A DNA stretch of 63,232 nucleotides, counting the filler, from Stramenopiles sp. TOSAG23-6 (Eukaryota), in the NCBI GenBank assembly GCA_900128565.1. It is 31 parts of 31 records of this genome, joined end to end, with 100 filler letters (N's around TTAATTAATTAA, not from the genome) between each part and the next. Parts side by side here need not be neighbours in the genome. Positions count along the whole stretch, not along the records: positions 12,350 to 14,301 come from LT638421.1; positions 14,402 to 16,353 come from LT638422.1; positions 16,454 to 18,405 come from LT638423.1; positions 18,506 to 20,455 come from LT638424.1; positions 20,556 to 22,503 come from LT638425.1; positions 22,604 to 24,550 come from LT638426.1; positions 24,651 to 26,596 come from LT638427.1; 24 more parts are not named here. One strand, 5' to 3'. Made by a program: the position numbers and the translations under genes. Below the pieces are notes generated by a model. The model had not been told where the DNA came from. It saw only the letters and a list, made by a program, of their open reading frames with translations, and ran no database searches. This document shows, in pieces, positions 12,250 through 25,479 of this stretch (positions within the stretch are counted from its first letter, which is position 1; each line of letters starts with the position of its first letter).

Positions 12250-12557
12250 NNNNNNNNNNNNNNNNNNNNNNNNNNNNNNNNNNNNNNNNNNNNTTAATTA
12301 ATTAANNNNNNNNNNNNNNNNNNNNNNNNNNNNNNNNNNNNNNNNNNNNATAAATATGTATTCAAAACAGCCATAAACAAATGCTGGTTAAAAGTTAATA
12401 AAATGTAATATCCCCAAGTTTATTTTTATAAAGTTTCCCCAAGTTTATTTTTATAAAGTTTTAAATTTTGGAAACACCGATAATAGTCAATAATAAGATT
12501 TTTAATAACCCTCTCAAAAGGCTGATGAAAACGAACATATTTTGTACAAAAACTTTA

Positions 12558-14301
12558 CTATATGCCGGTCTCTTCGCCAAAATTTATATCGAATGGTTTT
12601 GACTTAAAAATGGAATTCCAAAATAGTTTTTCGTCGTTTGCACGGATGTCTTGTATTATCTCCTTGGCGTGCGGATTGTAGTCATGATGCGGGTCTAATA
12701 GCTTTATTAATTTAGTATTTTTATTTGATTTAGCAATTTGTAGAGGTGTCCATCCATTTTTTTCTGGAATACTAACATCAGCATTGTTATCTAACAGTAG
12801 CTCCACCAATTCAATATTTCCAATATTTGCAGCTATTAGTAGAGGTGTCCATCCATCTATATTTGGAATATTCACATCAGCATTGTTATCTAATAGTAGC
12901 TCCACCAATTCAATATTTCCAATATATGCAGCTACTAGTAGAGGTGTCCATCCATTTATATCTTGAATATTCACATCTGCATTGTATTCCAATAATATTT
13001 TTACAACTTCAACTGGGTTTTCAATCTCAGATGAACGGGCGATAGCAGTGTATAATGGTGCAATGCCTTTTACATCTTGCGAATTAACATCAGCATCATT
13101 ATTTAATAGTAGTTTCATCATATTTTGTTTTCCATACCATACTGCACTTCCCAGAGGTGTAATTTCTTCATCACTTTTCTTGTTAATATCATCCCAGTCA
13201 TATTCCGAACAAGTTTCTTCGTTCATTTTCTTTGAGTATATGATATCATCATAAGTATTAAATGCTGCAAACTTGTATGACATTTTTAGCTTTTGCTTCT
13301 TAGAGTCTTCTTTTTCCATGTGTATATCTTTCAAGTTAATTGCTTGAACCTCTCTTAAAAATGTATTCATTGAAATGTGCGAATTATTTTGAAATGCAAC
13401 TTCTGTAATAACAGTTGCAAGGTATCCTTTTGGTTGTGTTCCAATTGATCCAACAATTGCAATGTTATCTTTTTGTGCTTTAGGCATTGTTTCAACATAA
13501 TCTACGATGAGACTTCCGTAGCAAGAACCTGCAACTATGATAACTTTTGTTTCATCTGTAAATTTCTTTAATATACGTGCAATGAATTTCTCTGGTTCAA
13601 ACGCTGCACATTCTCCAGCAGGACGACTAGCGCAAACTAGAGCACCACTTTTGCATCCATGTGTTGAAACATAAATCATTACAAGAGCAGCATCGTTTTT
13701 TATTATAGTATCTTTAGGAACAAGCATCGAGTTTGTTAATGTCTCCGTTTTGAGATTTGCTTCTTGTCCTAAGAGTGTTCCAAGAATACAATGAATGAAA
13801 CCTTCAAACACATAATGATTATTTGGCTCACCATCATGAATCCAATAACCAAAAACATTTTGTGCTGGTTTTTGTTCTGCTTTTATTATATCATTAGCGT
13901 ATTTAAAACTGTCCGTTGCTAGAATATTTTGATTTAGTAGATGTTTAATTATTGTATTGTATTCAATTTCATGGATATTTTGTAAATTAGTTCGTGCTGT
14001 TTTCTCATTCAAAAGAGATTTTGCTTCTGCACGACCACGACGTCCACGTACAATTGCTTGTAACTTAGTCGCAGCAGTTTTTGGACCTTCTTCAGTGAAA
14101 TGTTCTTTGGCAAAAATTTGAGAGTCATATAGAGGTTCTAGAGGTTTAACATTCTGTGGATATATATCTTGTGATATAGCTTGTATAATATTTAGAATAT
14201 ATTTTCCTGGACTCTCTTTATGATCTGTAATGTTTTGTTGAGATGCTGCTTCTTTTGCTGCATCATGGGATCGTAGAGCCGTATATTTATTCTCTAATTC
14301 T
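12558..14301 (-). CDS. IQ motif + caspase/haemoglobinase-fold-like domain + ankyrin repeats, 5' truncated, intronless
   Basis: The frame is open upstream of the listed ORF: AATKLQAIVRGRRGR (IQ). Also MIYVSTHG and VIIVAGSCYG, and about 5 GWTPL-type ankyrin repeats. Confidence 0.8.
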
Positions 14302-14490
14302 NNNNNNNNNNNNNNNNNNNNNNNNNNNNNNNNNNNNNNNNNNNNTTAATTAATTAANNNNNNNNNNNNNNNNNNNNNNNNNNNNNNNNNNNNNNNNNNN
14401 NTGTTAGGTACAAAATTTCGTACGAAAAAAAAAATAAATTCGAAATTGAAAAAAAAAAATAAAAAGGTAAAAATTGAAATGAAAATGTAC

Positions 14491-16299
14491 ATGAAGTAAT
14501 TCACTAGCAGCAACTTTTGCACGTCGGTTCGTTGATGACGTAGCTACTTCAGTGACACGTGGCAATAATGTATCTAAAAATAAGTCGATTCTAGTATCCG
14601 AATCTAATGGTATTCTTATTTTAACACGTTTCTTTTCATCCCACTTGACAGCTTCCTTTAACATTGTATTGATTTGACCAACAACAAGATTACTTTTCCC
14701 ACCTAATTTACCTAAAAACTTTAAGATTAAGAGTTGTACATTTTCATTCGTATCATTATGAATAGAATTTTTATGGTTAGGGTAAAGGTTAGTATCATTC
14801 ATATCATTATATTTTACGTTTTTACTATTTATTAATTCTTCGCGATTTTTATTATTTTTGGTACCTTTTTCATCTGTTGACTGTTTTAAGTTTGATAGTG
14901 TATTTGTTGTGTTTATTTTATCAGTTTTTCTTCTTCGTCTTTTTGTCGATGCTGAAAGTTCTCGTGAATGAATTGTTTTGTTTGCTGTCGAATCTGCGGA
15001 AGACGTTGATAAATATTCATCAAAAATAGGTAAAATAGTACCCAAGTAAATACTCATATCATTAGGAAACCAAAGAAGCCATCTTTCTAAAGTATGTACA
15101 GCTAAACAGGCAAGTGGCGGATGCGACAAACCTGCTCGTAAAGCCTCTTTCACAGCACCAATAAATAATTGAATACTAAGTCTACCAACAAAATGTTTTG
15201 GTGATTTCAAGACAAAACTAATAGCTGACACAAGTAATTCATCGCGAAATTCATGTAACCGATTTAAAACTTCCCTAATAAACTCTAATAATAATAAACT
15301 GTACAAAAATATGTTTAGAAAAAAAAATGTTAGCTACAAATGTTTGTATAAAAACAAATTTAAAAAAAAAATGATAAAAATGTACATTTAAATGTACATT
15401 TAAATATGTACATTTAAATGTACATTTAAATGTACATTTACAAAAAAAAAAATAGCAGGTACAAAATTTCGTAACAAACAAAACAATACAATACAAAACT
15501 TCATGAAAAAAACATACAAGTAGAACATCCCAGAAAAGAAACATTATGTTTTTGACAATGTAGTTGTGATTTTTTTTTTTTTTTTTTTGAGCCATACGAA
15601 CGAAACGACAAATCATCAAAGCATTTTTGAGTATTGCATATACTCACGATTAGCTGTAATAATTTATAAAAACCAGAAATTTCAGGAAATCGTCGAGCGA
15701 GATTTACAATTTCTTTTATCAGTAATGCTGCCCATTGAATGAATAGCCGAGATTGACAAACACGAAATAACCCATTTTCCGTATCACAACAGAAATCAAT
15801 TAAATTAAGAAATAAAGCGTAATCTTTGGGATTTCGTGGGATGTAAATCACTTCACCATCATTAATATTTAAATCGTTTTTTACTTCTACTTGACTGAGA
15901 TCAAATCTCTGCATCATTTGAATAATATCATTTACAAGTTGACCAAACAATAAAACACAAACACTAAAATGTTTAGAAGAATCAATCTTTGAATAAGAAG
16001 GTTGTATTTTGGAAAAATATTTAAAAAAAAAATCTAAAAAAATTCGTTAGGTACAAAATTTTTATAAAAAAAAAAACATTTAGTAAAAAAAAAATAATAA
16101 AACATACTTGATGCACAGCAATACTAGGAGGTTTCAATAGAGACATCCACATAGGGAGGTAATAATACAGTAGCCTAATGTCTCTTGTATTATGATTGAA
16201 CGTATCAATGGTTTGTTCATTACCTACATGCATTTTTTGTACTGACAAAGTTCTAATTAAACCATGGATGAGAATATGTTGAAACAGTACTGGAAGGAC
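14491..16299 (-). CDS. PRKDC: DNA-dependent protein kinase catalytic subunit, internal fragment, multi-exon
   Basis: HGLIRTLS, PKDYALFLNLIDFC, PEISGFYKLL, FRDELL, FLGKLGG, FLDTLLPRVTEVATSSTNRRAKVAASELLH. Confidence 0.92.
16002..16107 (-). mobile_element. Introner-like intron, GT..AA, in DNA-PKcs
   Basis: CATCAA|GTATGTTTT ... GTACCTAAC ... CCAAAATACAA|CCTTCT; phase-0 join AVHQ-PSYSK. Confidence 0.8.
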
Positions 16300-16453
16300 A
16301 TGTATTTTGGAAAAATATTTCAAAAAAAAAACTTAAATTTGTTAGGTACAAAANNNNNNNNNNNNNNNNNNNNNNNNNNNNNNNNNNNNNNNNNNNNTTA
16401 ATTAATTAANNNNNNNNNNNNNNNNNNNNNNNNNNNNNNNNNNNNNNNNNNNN

Positions 16454-18227
16454 TCATGACCATATCATTATCATCTTTATTATTATTAGATTCTTCTATT
16501 TCCAATTTTTCACGAGGTTGAGATTTCATGTCACCATCTTGTTGTGGTGAACTACAAAATATTTTTCGAATGTTTTCAACCATATTAAGATTTGGATTTT
16601 CAAAAATATTTTTTTTCCCAGATAATGACGAAGTAGAGGATGTTTTCTTCTCCTTTTCTGCACGCTCAGCAAGGGCAACCTGAAGCATCTCATATTCACT
16701 AGAATTATCTAAAATCCACATCATTGCAATTTGAATATCATAATGAAATCGTTGAAGTAAATGAACACAAACGAGTTTATCATACCCCATTTCAACCATT
16801 TGAGCGACACTAGCATGTTTTTCATTGCTATTCACTGAATTCTCCAGATCGGCCTCTTCAGCATCTTCATTTTCTTCACTGCTACTATTATCACTTGCCG
16901 AAAACGAATCTTGTGTTTTAGAATATACATCAAAAATATCTCCAGATACAGTTTCGGATTCCAATTCCATGTCGCTACACTTGGAAATTGTATCATCCAA
17001 TGGCTCAGGACCCACGACATCCAAATTATACATTTGCTTATCTTCTTCCTGTGATTCGTTGTGTAATAAAAATGTATGTAGAAGACGCGATGTATGTTCT
17101 AATTTTGAAATAGAGGATGTTTGCCACGCACAAGGCAATCTAGTTTTAGTTGTAGTAGTTGACAATTCTGGCAACGGTCGATAGATAATGGCAACGATAT
17201 TTTTAATTAATTCTGTATATTTGTTTGAAGAACTTGAATCAGTCAAACCAAACCCACTATGTAATACATTAACTGCACTACGAAGACACAAACTTTCTAA
17301 TAATCTTTCAAGAGAATTATTTTTATCATCATCTGATGTGTTGGATGATGCATCATTTGTGGTGTTTGTTATCGATGTCGATTGTTGCAGATACAATCCA
17401 CATAGGACAAGTAATTCATTTNNNNNNNNNNNNNNNNNNNNNNNNNNNNNNNNNNNNNNNNNNNNNNNNNNNNNNNNNNNNNNNNNNNNNNNNNNNNNNN
17501 NNNNNNNNNNNNNNNNNNNNNNNNNNNNNNNNNNNNNNNNNNNNNNNNNNNNNNNNNNNNNNNNNNNNNNNNNNNNNNNNNNNNNNNNNNNNNNNNNNNN
17601 NNNNNNNNNNNNNNNNNNNNNNNNNNNNNNNNNNNNNNNNNNNNNTTTATCCATATATACTGTTGGAGAATCAGACATAACTATGCAAGCACTAGGATTG
17701 TTCCATTCATTTGTCAAAGACACAACTGTGCCATATTGTTGAGCATTATCTAAATTCTTTCCAAATACAGTATGTTTTGCATGCTTTTCATTTACCGAAT
17801 CATGTCCATGAGATTTCAACTTACCGAGATCAACACAAGAATTCTTTATTGCTACAACAGAGCCAGGTAATACCTCAATACCCGTAGAACTGAATAATAA
17901 TAATAGAGTTATAAGAGTGTTATTGCAAGTAAATTGTTCTTGCAAATTAATACCAGACTTATCACCCGAGCAATTCTTGGTATGTACACCAACAGATTCT
18001 GAAAATTTATGAACAAAAACATTTCTCCAAGAATCATTAGGTAATAATTTTCGTATAGTATCAATGATAAAACAACATTCTGTTGTTTCTCGAATATTTT
18101 GGCAATCCCATTTGTCTATAATAACATTTTGTACAAAAGGAAAAATTATATTTGTATAAATTTGTAAATAAATTTCGTATTGAATGGGTAGGGAAACGTT
18201 AATCGGTGTATGTAGTGATTCATTCAT
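16454..18227 (-). CDS. Fragment of a large protein with a UBA domain (possibly a HERC/HECT-type E3 ligase)
   Basis: VAQMVEMGYDKLVCVHLLQRFHYDIQIAMMWILDN (UBA signature). Confidence 0.6.
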
Positions 18228-18512
18228 TACAGGATTTGGTATTAATATTTCATACCATGGTAATAAAATATCAATTAATTGTGTTGAATTGTCTTTTTCT
18301 TTTTCGTTACACTGTTGATAATTTGAATTTGTTTGTTCATTTTGTTCATCTGAAAATTTTGAAAATGAAAATATTATTCCAAAAGCACAAACAAAACTAA
18401 AAACTNNNNNNNNNNNNNNNNNNNNNNNNNNNNNNNNNNNNNNNNNNNNTTAATTAATTAANNNNNNNNNNNNNNNNNNNNNNNNNNNNNNNNNNNNNNN
18501 NNNNNTGTAATT

Positions 18513-20455
18513 GTGTACATTTTACAGTGCTGTTATTGCATTAAAAAAGTGTATGGAGCCGACCAACGTGATGAAGTTGGTAATGCAAGGCGACCTTTGG
18601 GTGGTGGTGGAAAGTTTGCGGCGGATCAGGCTTATTCTGCAAGTGCCAATCATCTAGGACATGATTCACAGTTTAGTGGTGAAGGGCCACATGAACGAGT
18701 AGCTGGTCCATGGCAACATCCTCAAGTATCGACTCCGGTTGCACCGTGCTATCTTTATGGATCAGGTACACATGATCTATCTTCGGCTCATGGTCATGGA
18801 TGTGGTGGTGGTGCAAGGCAACCTTTGGATGGTCATCAGGCATATTCTGCATATGCTAATACAGAACACGTTTCAAGGTTTGGTGTTGAAGGACGACAAG
18901 TACAACCGTTTGGTCCATGGACACAATTGACGCTTGACCCGTGCCATGTTCTTCCGCACGGTGCAGTTGATCCACATAGGGCACCACAACTTAATGGTCA
19001 AGCAGTTGGCCCTTGCCTACTTTCGNCTTCTTCGGTAGAATCGGCTGCAACAAGATATTCTGGTAGTGTGTATGGTACTGTGTATGGGGCGGNTGATCCA
19101 CGATTGTCACAAGCCAGTTTTCAAAAGTCTCGGACGCCGCTACTTTTACATCAAACTGGAACTGTATGTCCCCAAATGAACATAGATTTAGAAGAAATAT
19201 TGAGAGAATTTTCAANACAAAAGGTTGCTGGAGAAAAGAAAAGCGACTACACGACAAGGCTGAAANAGAGCGTAAATATTATTGTCCGAGANGTTTTCCC
19301 TGACGCAACACTTGTACCGTACGGTTCTTCGGAGTATGGATTATTTATACCAGGGGGTATTAGTGATATCGACTTTATNCTAACATGGCCCGGGCCCGAT
19401 TCTACACCTAAAGGGACCGCTCAAGAACTCTTAAAAAAATTAGAAAGTTATCTGAAAACGAAATTTGAAGATGTGAATTACGTACCGTCACGTCATTTTC
19501 CGTTGGTATCATTTACTNTAGATGGAACCAAAATTGAAATACTGATTGGTAAACCCGATCATACTGGCAACATGGCAACGAAACAGATACAAAGAGTTTT
19601 CAAAACTTTAAGACCCAAGAAAATAAGGGAGCTCAATATATTGCTCAAGCTATTTTTNAATAATAATAAGCTAAATGGTTTGGGTTCACTAACATCATTT
19701 ATGCTGGTTCAAATGACACGATTTTTCATTGAAGTGTATGTAAAGGAAACACCTGAGATTGGTGATCTATTAGTTCAATTCCTGAAAATGTTTGGCACAA
19801 GTAGTCCATTCATTCGATCTAGTACACCTGACAGCGAATTTTATGGAATGGGGTTTTCGCCAGTTAACGGACAAGCATATTTTGAGTCGAGGAGAATAAG
19901 TCCACGGGAGCATTTATTTATTCAAAACCCATTAGTTTCTAAATTTGAAAATGCAGCACGAAATGTAGGGCAAATACAAATACTTAATATTCAGAGTGCA
20001 TTTGAAAAATTATACAATCAATTGACAAGAATATATGGGGATTGTGACATGAAAGACAAAAAAAAAACTTTGAGAGCAACATTTGCTTTTCCTTGCCTTG
20101 ATGGAGACGCAGCTTGTGTAGTCAGTACAAATGAGGATACAAAACATGATACAGTATCAAGAGCGTTGGTCGGAGAAGCTCAACGAAGGAACCCTCTCAG
20201 CAGTATTCATAACATTCCAGGTTCAAAAGATATAAAACCAAGGAACCCAACAGGATCAAAGGCTGAAGCAACCGCTGTAGTGGTTGTGGTAGAGGCAGCA
20301 GCAAAACAAGAAATAAAATCAAGGAAACCAGCAAGATCAAAGGCTTATGCAGCAGCAAAAGCAACCGATGCAGAAGAGGCTGCAGCAGTAAAGCCAAAAG
20401 CAAAGCCAAAATCAAAAAAAAAGGAAAAACAAAAGAAAAAGAAAAACAAGAAAGC
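18513..20455 (+). CDS. Non-canonical poly(A)/terminal nucleotidyltransferase (Trf4/PAPD5/Cid1-like), intronless
   Basis: PYGSSEYGL..GISDIDF Pol-beta motif; LFIQNPL..NAARN PAP-associated domain. Confidence 0.85.
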
Positions 20456-20656
20456 NNNNNNNNNNNNNNNNNNNNNNNNNNNNNNNNNNNNNNNNNNNNT
20501 TAATTAATTAANNNNNNNNNNNNNNNNNNNNNNNNNNNNNNNNNNNNNNNNNNNNAAAATTTTGAAAAATTGTTAGGTACAAAATTTCGTACGAAAAAAA
20601 AAATAAAAAATAAATTCGAAATTGAAATTCGAAATTGAAAAAAAAATAAAACAAAC

Positions 20657-21141
20657 ATGCTCATGGCTCCGCCTTGAGCAGTGAGTCGTCCACGTACTAA
20701 ATCTAATGGATATGTGAATATTACACTCATTATACCGGCAGATGCACCAACACTTAATTTTTGTAATGCAGTTAATTTGTTTTTTGTATTTTGTGTATTT
20801 TGTGTAGTTGACATTTTCAAAACATTACTTTTGAAAAGTTCAAAAAACATGAATTGGGAACCAACGTATGGAAATACACGAATTACATTAGTTCCATTTC
20901 CCCGATAGAAACCACGGATACCTTCCTCACGCCAAATAATCCGTAGCGAATCGCTCACACTATTGTATTTACTTTGACCACCATGTTTTTTCAAAGTGAC
21001 ATATTGAACTTGGTACAGAATCTTTAAGCGTTCAAGTGGTGAAACTACAGTACGTGAAATGGCACCCGAAATTCCCCCCACAACTAAACGAGCAAGATCA
21101 CGAGTAGATAAGAAATTGACTTCTTTGTTTGATGATGCCAT
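20657..21141 (-). CDS. Mitochondrial carrier (SLC25; adenine nucleotide/CoA carrier-like), first exon
   Basis: PLERLKIL, GFYRGNGTNVIRVFPY and YPLDLVRGRL signature motifs. Confidence 0.93.
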
Positions 21142-21474
21142 TGCCGTAATCTTGAAATTGACTCAACTCAAAACGTATGATGAGGAGGTACACGAATAAA
21201 GCTGTTACTAATAGGATGGAAATAATTATTCAGAATGGTTCATGCTAATCTGCTAATACTATGAGTCTATGACTTGGAAGAGATTTTGATGAAATAAAGT
21301 TGTGATGTTTTTGCGGCCATCGATCGGCCAGATCACGAAATTTCGGAAATTCGAATTCGGTGATATTTGCTACCCCAACATTATTATTTTTTTTCTTTGC
21401 TAACTTTGTCTGATTTTTCATCTAAACAATAGATAAAAAGCATACGCAATAATACAGTATATTATCTTCTTTTG

Positions 21475-22237
21475 ATGGAAAGAATGTATCCATACTTTAT
21501 TCTTTTTCTCCTACCTGTTTTTACTACAGCCGGTGTCCCTGTTGTCATTACACTAAAAGCAACCCAAATATTGAACGAATTTATTACGAATAAACAACAA
21601 CGTGTTGTTAGATTTGGAAATACAATTGATCAAAATGAAGATTCTAGACATAACAAGATTGATATATGTTTACATCTGTTTTTAGACTCACATGAGTGTC
21701 TTTATGAAAGCTATCAATCAAATAAAGAAATGCCTGACTTTTATAGAGACTGGTCAAAACGTCCAAAACATTTCGATAACCCAAACAAAAAAGAATCTGA
21801 AAAAGACGAATTTGATCATGAAGAGAATGTCGATACTTCAGCAATATTCAATCCAACAACAAAACTTAATTTAAATCCTAATCAAAGAACTTTTATTCAT
21901 ACTAAAATAGATGACTTTAACGGTGTATTATTTCTAACTACAATTTTTCATGGTGTTCGTGATACTAGACAAATAAATCTATTGAGAAAAACACAATTAA
22001 ACACTAAATCAGTGGAAGGAAATGCAAAACAACAATTAAAGACTGAATCCACTAAATCCGCGAGAGGAACTAAGTCGATTTCTTCAATTCCTTCAATTCT
22101 TTTAGATCTCAACAAAATAGACAAAATAGTTTTAGAATTTAATAGTACTAAATATAACCCTAACCCTAAAAGTATAAGTAATATTATTGATAATTCTTCT
22201 TTACGTTATTTATTGATTTTGAAGGTCAAATTACATT
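21475..22237 (+). CDS. Hypothetical secreted protein, first exon
   Basis: ORF with a hydrophobic N-terminus ending at a family donor (GTATGTTTT). Confidence 0.5.
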
Positions 22238-22463
22238 GTATGTTTTATATGAATTTCTAATTTAATTTTTTTTTTTTTTGGTTTTTTTTCGTAAAAAAAT
22301 TTCGTACCTAACGATTTTTTTTTTTTGAAATATTTTTTCATAATACTTGCTTTTTAAAAAGTGAATTGACTGAAACATGTGAGCATCAATGTACGTACGT
22401 TTTCATTTGGAATTTCAATTTTTTTTTCATAGTAAATTTTGTACCTAACAAAAAAAAATCAAA

Positions 22464-22503
<40 letters not shown>

Positions 22504-22603
22504 NNNNNNNNNNNNNNNNNNNNNNNNNNNNNNNNNNNNNNNNNNNNTTAATTAATTAANNNNNNNNNNNNNNNNNNNNNNNNNNNNNNNNNNNNNNNNN
22601 NNN

Positions 22604-23632
22604 GCTATGATTATTTCTTTTTATTACAGGTGATGTATCATTATCGCTATGATTATTTAGTGGTGTTTTTTTAGGAATTACAAGAGGGGATAAATCAATT
22701 TTTGCCGTTATATTTTTCGTATTTTGAGATTTTTCCACTTCTTCAGATTGCACACCGACCAAATTTGATTTTCTGAAACCATTCCTAGACGTAGCAGCAC
22801 TGGGTGAATTCGATGATGTGGGACATAGTTGTGGAGAAGGTACAAAAAACTTTACTAAAACATTCATTTGCAACTCGTCAAAACGAAACCCTGAATGATC
22901 TTTTTCTGGACACCGAAACTCAATTGTAGAACATTTTGGAGATGCATATTGTACAAGTGGATCTGTCACTGGAGACCGTGGTGATACTTCATCCATGGAG
23001 TGTATACTATCATCAGCAATTTCAGAGTCTTGAGTATACTCAAAGGTATCACGGTTAGGATTGGTCTTCTGTCGAAAATATTTCCAATTTACAACTGCAA
23101 AATAATCAATAACACGACTTGGCGGTGGAGGTAAAGGTTGAATAAAACGCCTTTTTCGCCGAAATGGTGACTCTAATGAACCAATATAATTACGCAAGTT
23201 CTGATTTGAACTATTATTTGCTGCAGGAGACTCTACGTGAAGACTGTCCTTAGAATCCAAGAAACTTAAAAAGTGCATAATTAGCCGAGCTGCTTGTCGT
23301 GTACTCGCTACATCAAGGGGACAAAGACCCATATTATTTTTAGCGTACATACTAGGCGTAGCATTCTGCTTTACTAATACTCGTATACACTCAGAATGTC
23401 CACTTGCAGCAGCGATGTGTAGAGGTGTGTTCAAAGAGGAGTCAACTGAGTTTACAGATTCTGGAAATTTTTTGGCTAGATAGGTAACCATATTTTGGTG
23501 ACCTGCAGATGCCGCTATGTGTAATAAATCAGGCATCATACTATCAAGAGGCCCAAGTTTACGAATCCTTTTCACATTGCCAATTCTAACGTTTTCCAGA
23601 ATTTCATTCCTCTGCGAAGAGTTAAATGACAT
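22604..23632 (-). CDS. Ankyrin-repeat + uDENN domain protein, N-terminal part
   Basis: LLHIAASAGH, NTPLHIAAASGH; RVIDYFAVV ... FRCPEKDH...VKFFVP (uDENN-like). Confidence 0.75.
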
Positions 23633-23936
23633 CTTGAGATCAAGAGAGTAAAAAGAATGCGAAAAAAAAATGAATGTTTCCAAAGAAATTTCAAATCTAG
23701 TTTTCAAAAAAACCGAAAAACCAAATAATTCATTCAGCTTTTTTTTTGTTTTCCAGCGGCCAGGCAGGACACAGGTTTCTGTTAGTACTTAGCAAAACAG
23801 AAGCAAACGGAGGATGCAAAGAATGCTTTAACTGCAATTGCTGGAAAGAAAATTATATTTGATTGATTAAAGAGTTTACATTACAGATGAATGGTTATTT
23901 TTATTCAATTTTGATAATTTGCGTTATCATGGCTAC

Positions 23937-24550
23937 TTATGGTGGAGTTGGTGAACTTACTTTGCTCACTTCTGGACTTTTTCTTCCCTTTTGTATAGAA
24001 GCAACTGCTGGTGTAAATATCCGTGAGGGGGCCTTTGAAGGTATTTTTGGATTCCATTCTTCAAAGGCATTTTCAGATTTCTGTATTTGTTGTTTTGCGT
24101 TAGCAGAGGCTTCCTTCAGAAGTTCAATTGTTGGCGTAAGATATTCCCTAACTGTTATTTTATCCCCTACTTTAAATCTAGATCTACGTGTCTTGGCGCC
24201 GTGTTCCTTAAAAACAGCTTTAAATACGTCCCCAAAGGTTTCTCCGTCCTCAAAGTCATCAGCTATACTCCAGCTCTCAACTTGCACGCCATCTTTGTCC
24301 GTGTAGGTTTTTGTAGCGTTCAAACTTGTCCTTGCCGCAGTTAATGCTCTTATAGCATCGAAAGTATGCTGGCGGGCACCCTTGAGGTCTTTTGTGTCGA
24401 ACATATCTTTTGCTGCTTCTATCTCTAATATTTGACCAAATGATTTCTCCATTTTCCCGATAACTTCGCGCATGAACATATCAAGGTCATGAACTATCTT
24501 AGGGGTTACTTTGTCACCCCTTGCATCGCGTAGATCAGCCAAACTTGCAT
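23937..24550 (-). CDS. Hypothetical protein, C-terminal part
   Basis: Open frame of about 200 aa with natural composition. Confidence 0.55.
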
Positions 24551-25479
24551 NNNNNNNNNNNNNNNNNNNNNNNNNNNNNNNNNNNNNNNNNNNNTTAATT
24601 AATTAANNNNNNNNNNNNNNNNNNNNNNNNNNNNNNNNNNNNNNNNNNNNAAATTTTTTTTTTTTTTTTTAGTTTTTTAAAATTTCTTTTCATACGAAAT
24701 TTTTTTCCTAACATTTTTTTTTTTTTTTTTTCAAAATTTTTTTTTTTTTTTTTCATAGGAAATTTTGTACCTAACAAAAAAAAATTTGAAAAAAAAAAAA
24801 ATATTTTTCACTGTATAGGGGATATCCTTATAATGGATTTGGAATGATGAATCCATATCGTATGGGACAAGGCGACGACCCCCCAAAACATCCGATGGCA
24901 AAAACTGCAGGTGCTGCTGCTGGTGGCACTGCTGGTGGTGCTGAAGCAGCTTAAGATATAACATAAAAAACCCAAAAAAACTAAGATTTCTCAAATTATT
25001 TTCTTATTTGAAATTCTCCCGAGATTTTTACATCAATCATTGCATACCAAATGGTGTTATGTACGAAAAATTGGTACGAATATACATTTCATATAATATT
25101 GAATAAAATGTACAGTATATATACTTATTGTATATGTTTTATTTGCGTAGATTGAGATTTGACAGATTTGAGTGTATTTTTTTTTGGGCTTTTTTTCTTC
25201 CATTTTTGTGGAGGAACAAACCTGTTTTGTTTTTTTTATTTTTGAATTTGAATTTGAATTTGCACCGTGTGTGTGTGTGTGTTTGTACTCCTACACGTAG
25301 TAGTTCATACATATTATACATATTATACATACATACATATATACTAAAACAAAGCAACACGTATACACGTATTGAACACTGTATCCGTAGTACACTTCTA
25401 CACCTCCTCTCGCCTCCTCTATTGATTCTTTTATTGATTCTATTATTGATCAACAACATCTTGCAATATCTATCAATAT

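Noticed and set aside
16002-16107. Elements as DNA-level eliminated sequences (ciliate IES-like)
   Set aside because: Consistent sense orientation with donor, branch-like motif and polyT tract points to RNA splicing. Not formally excluded without reads.
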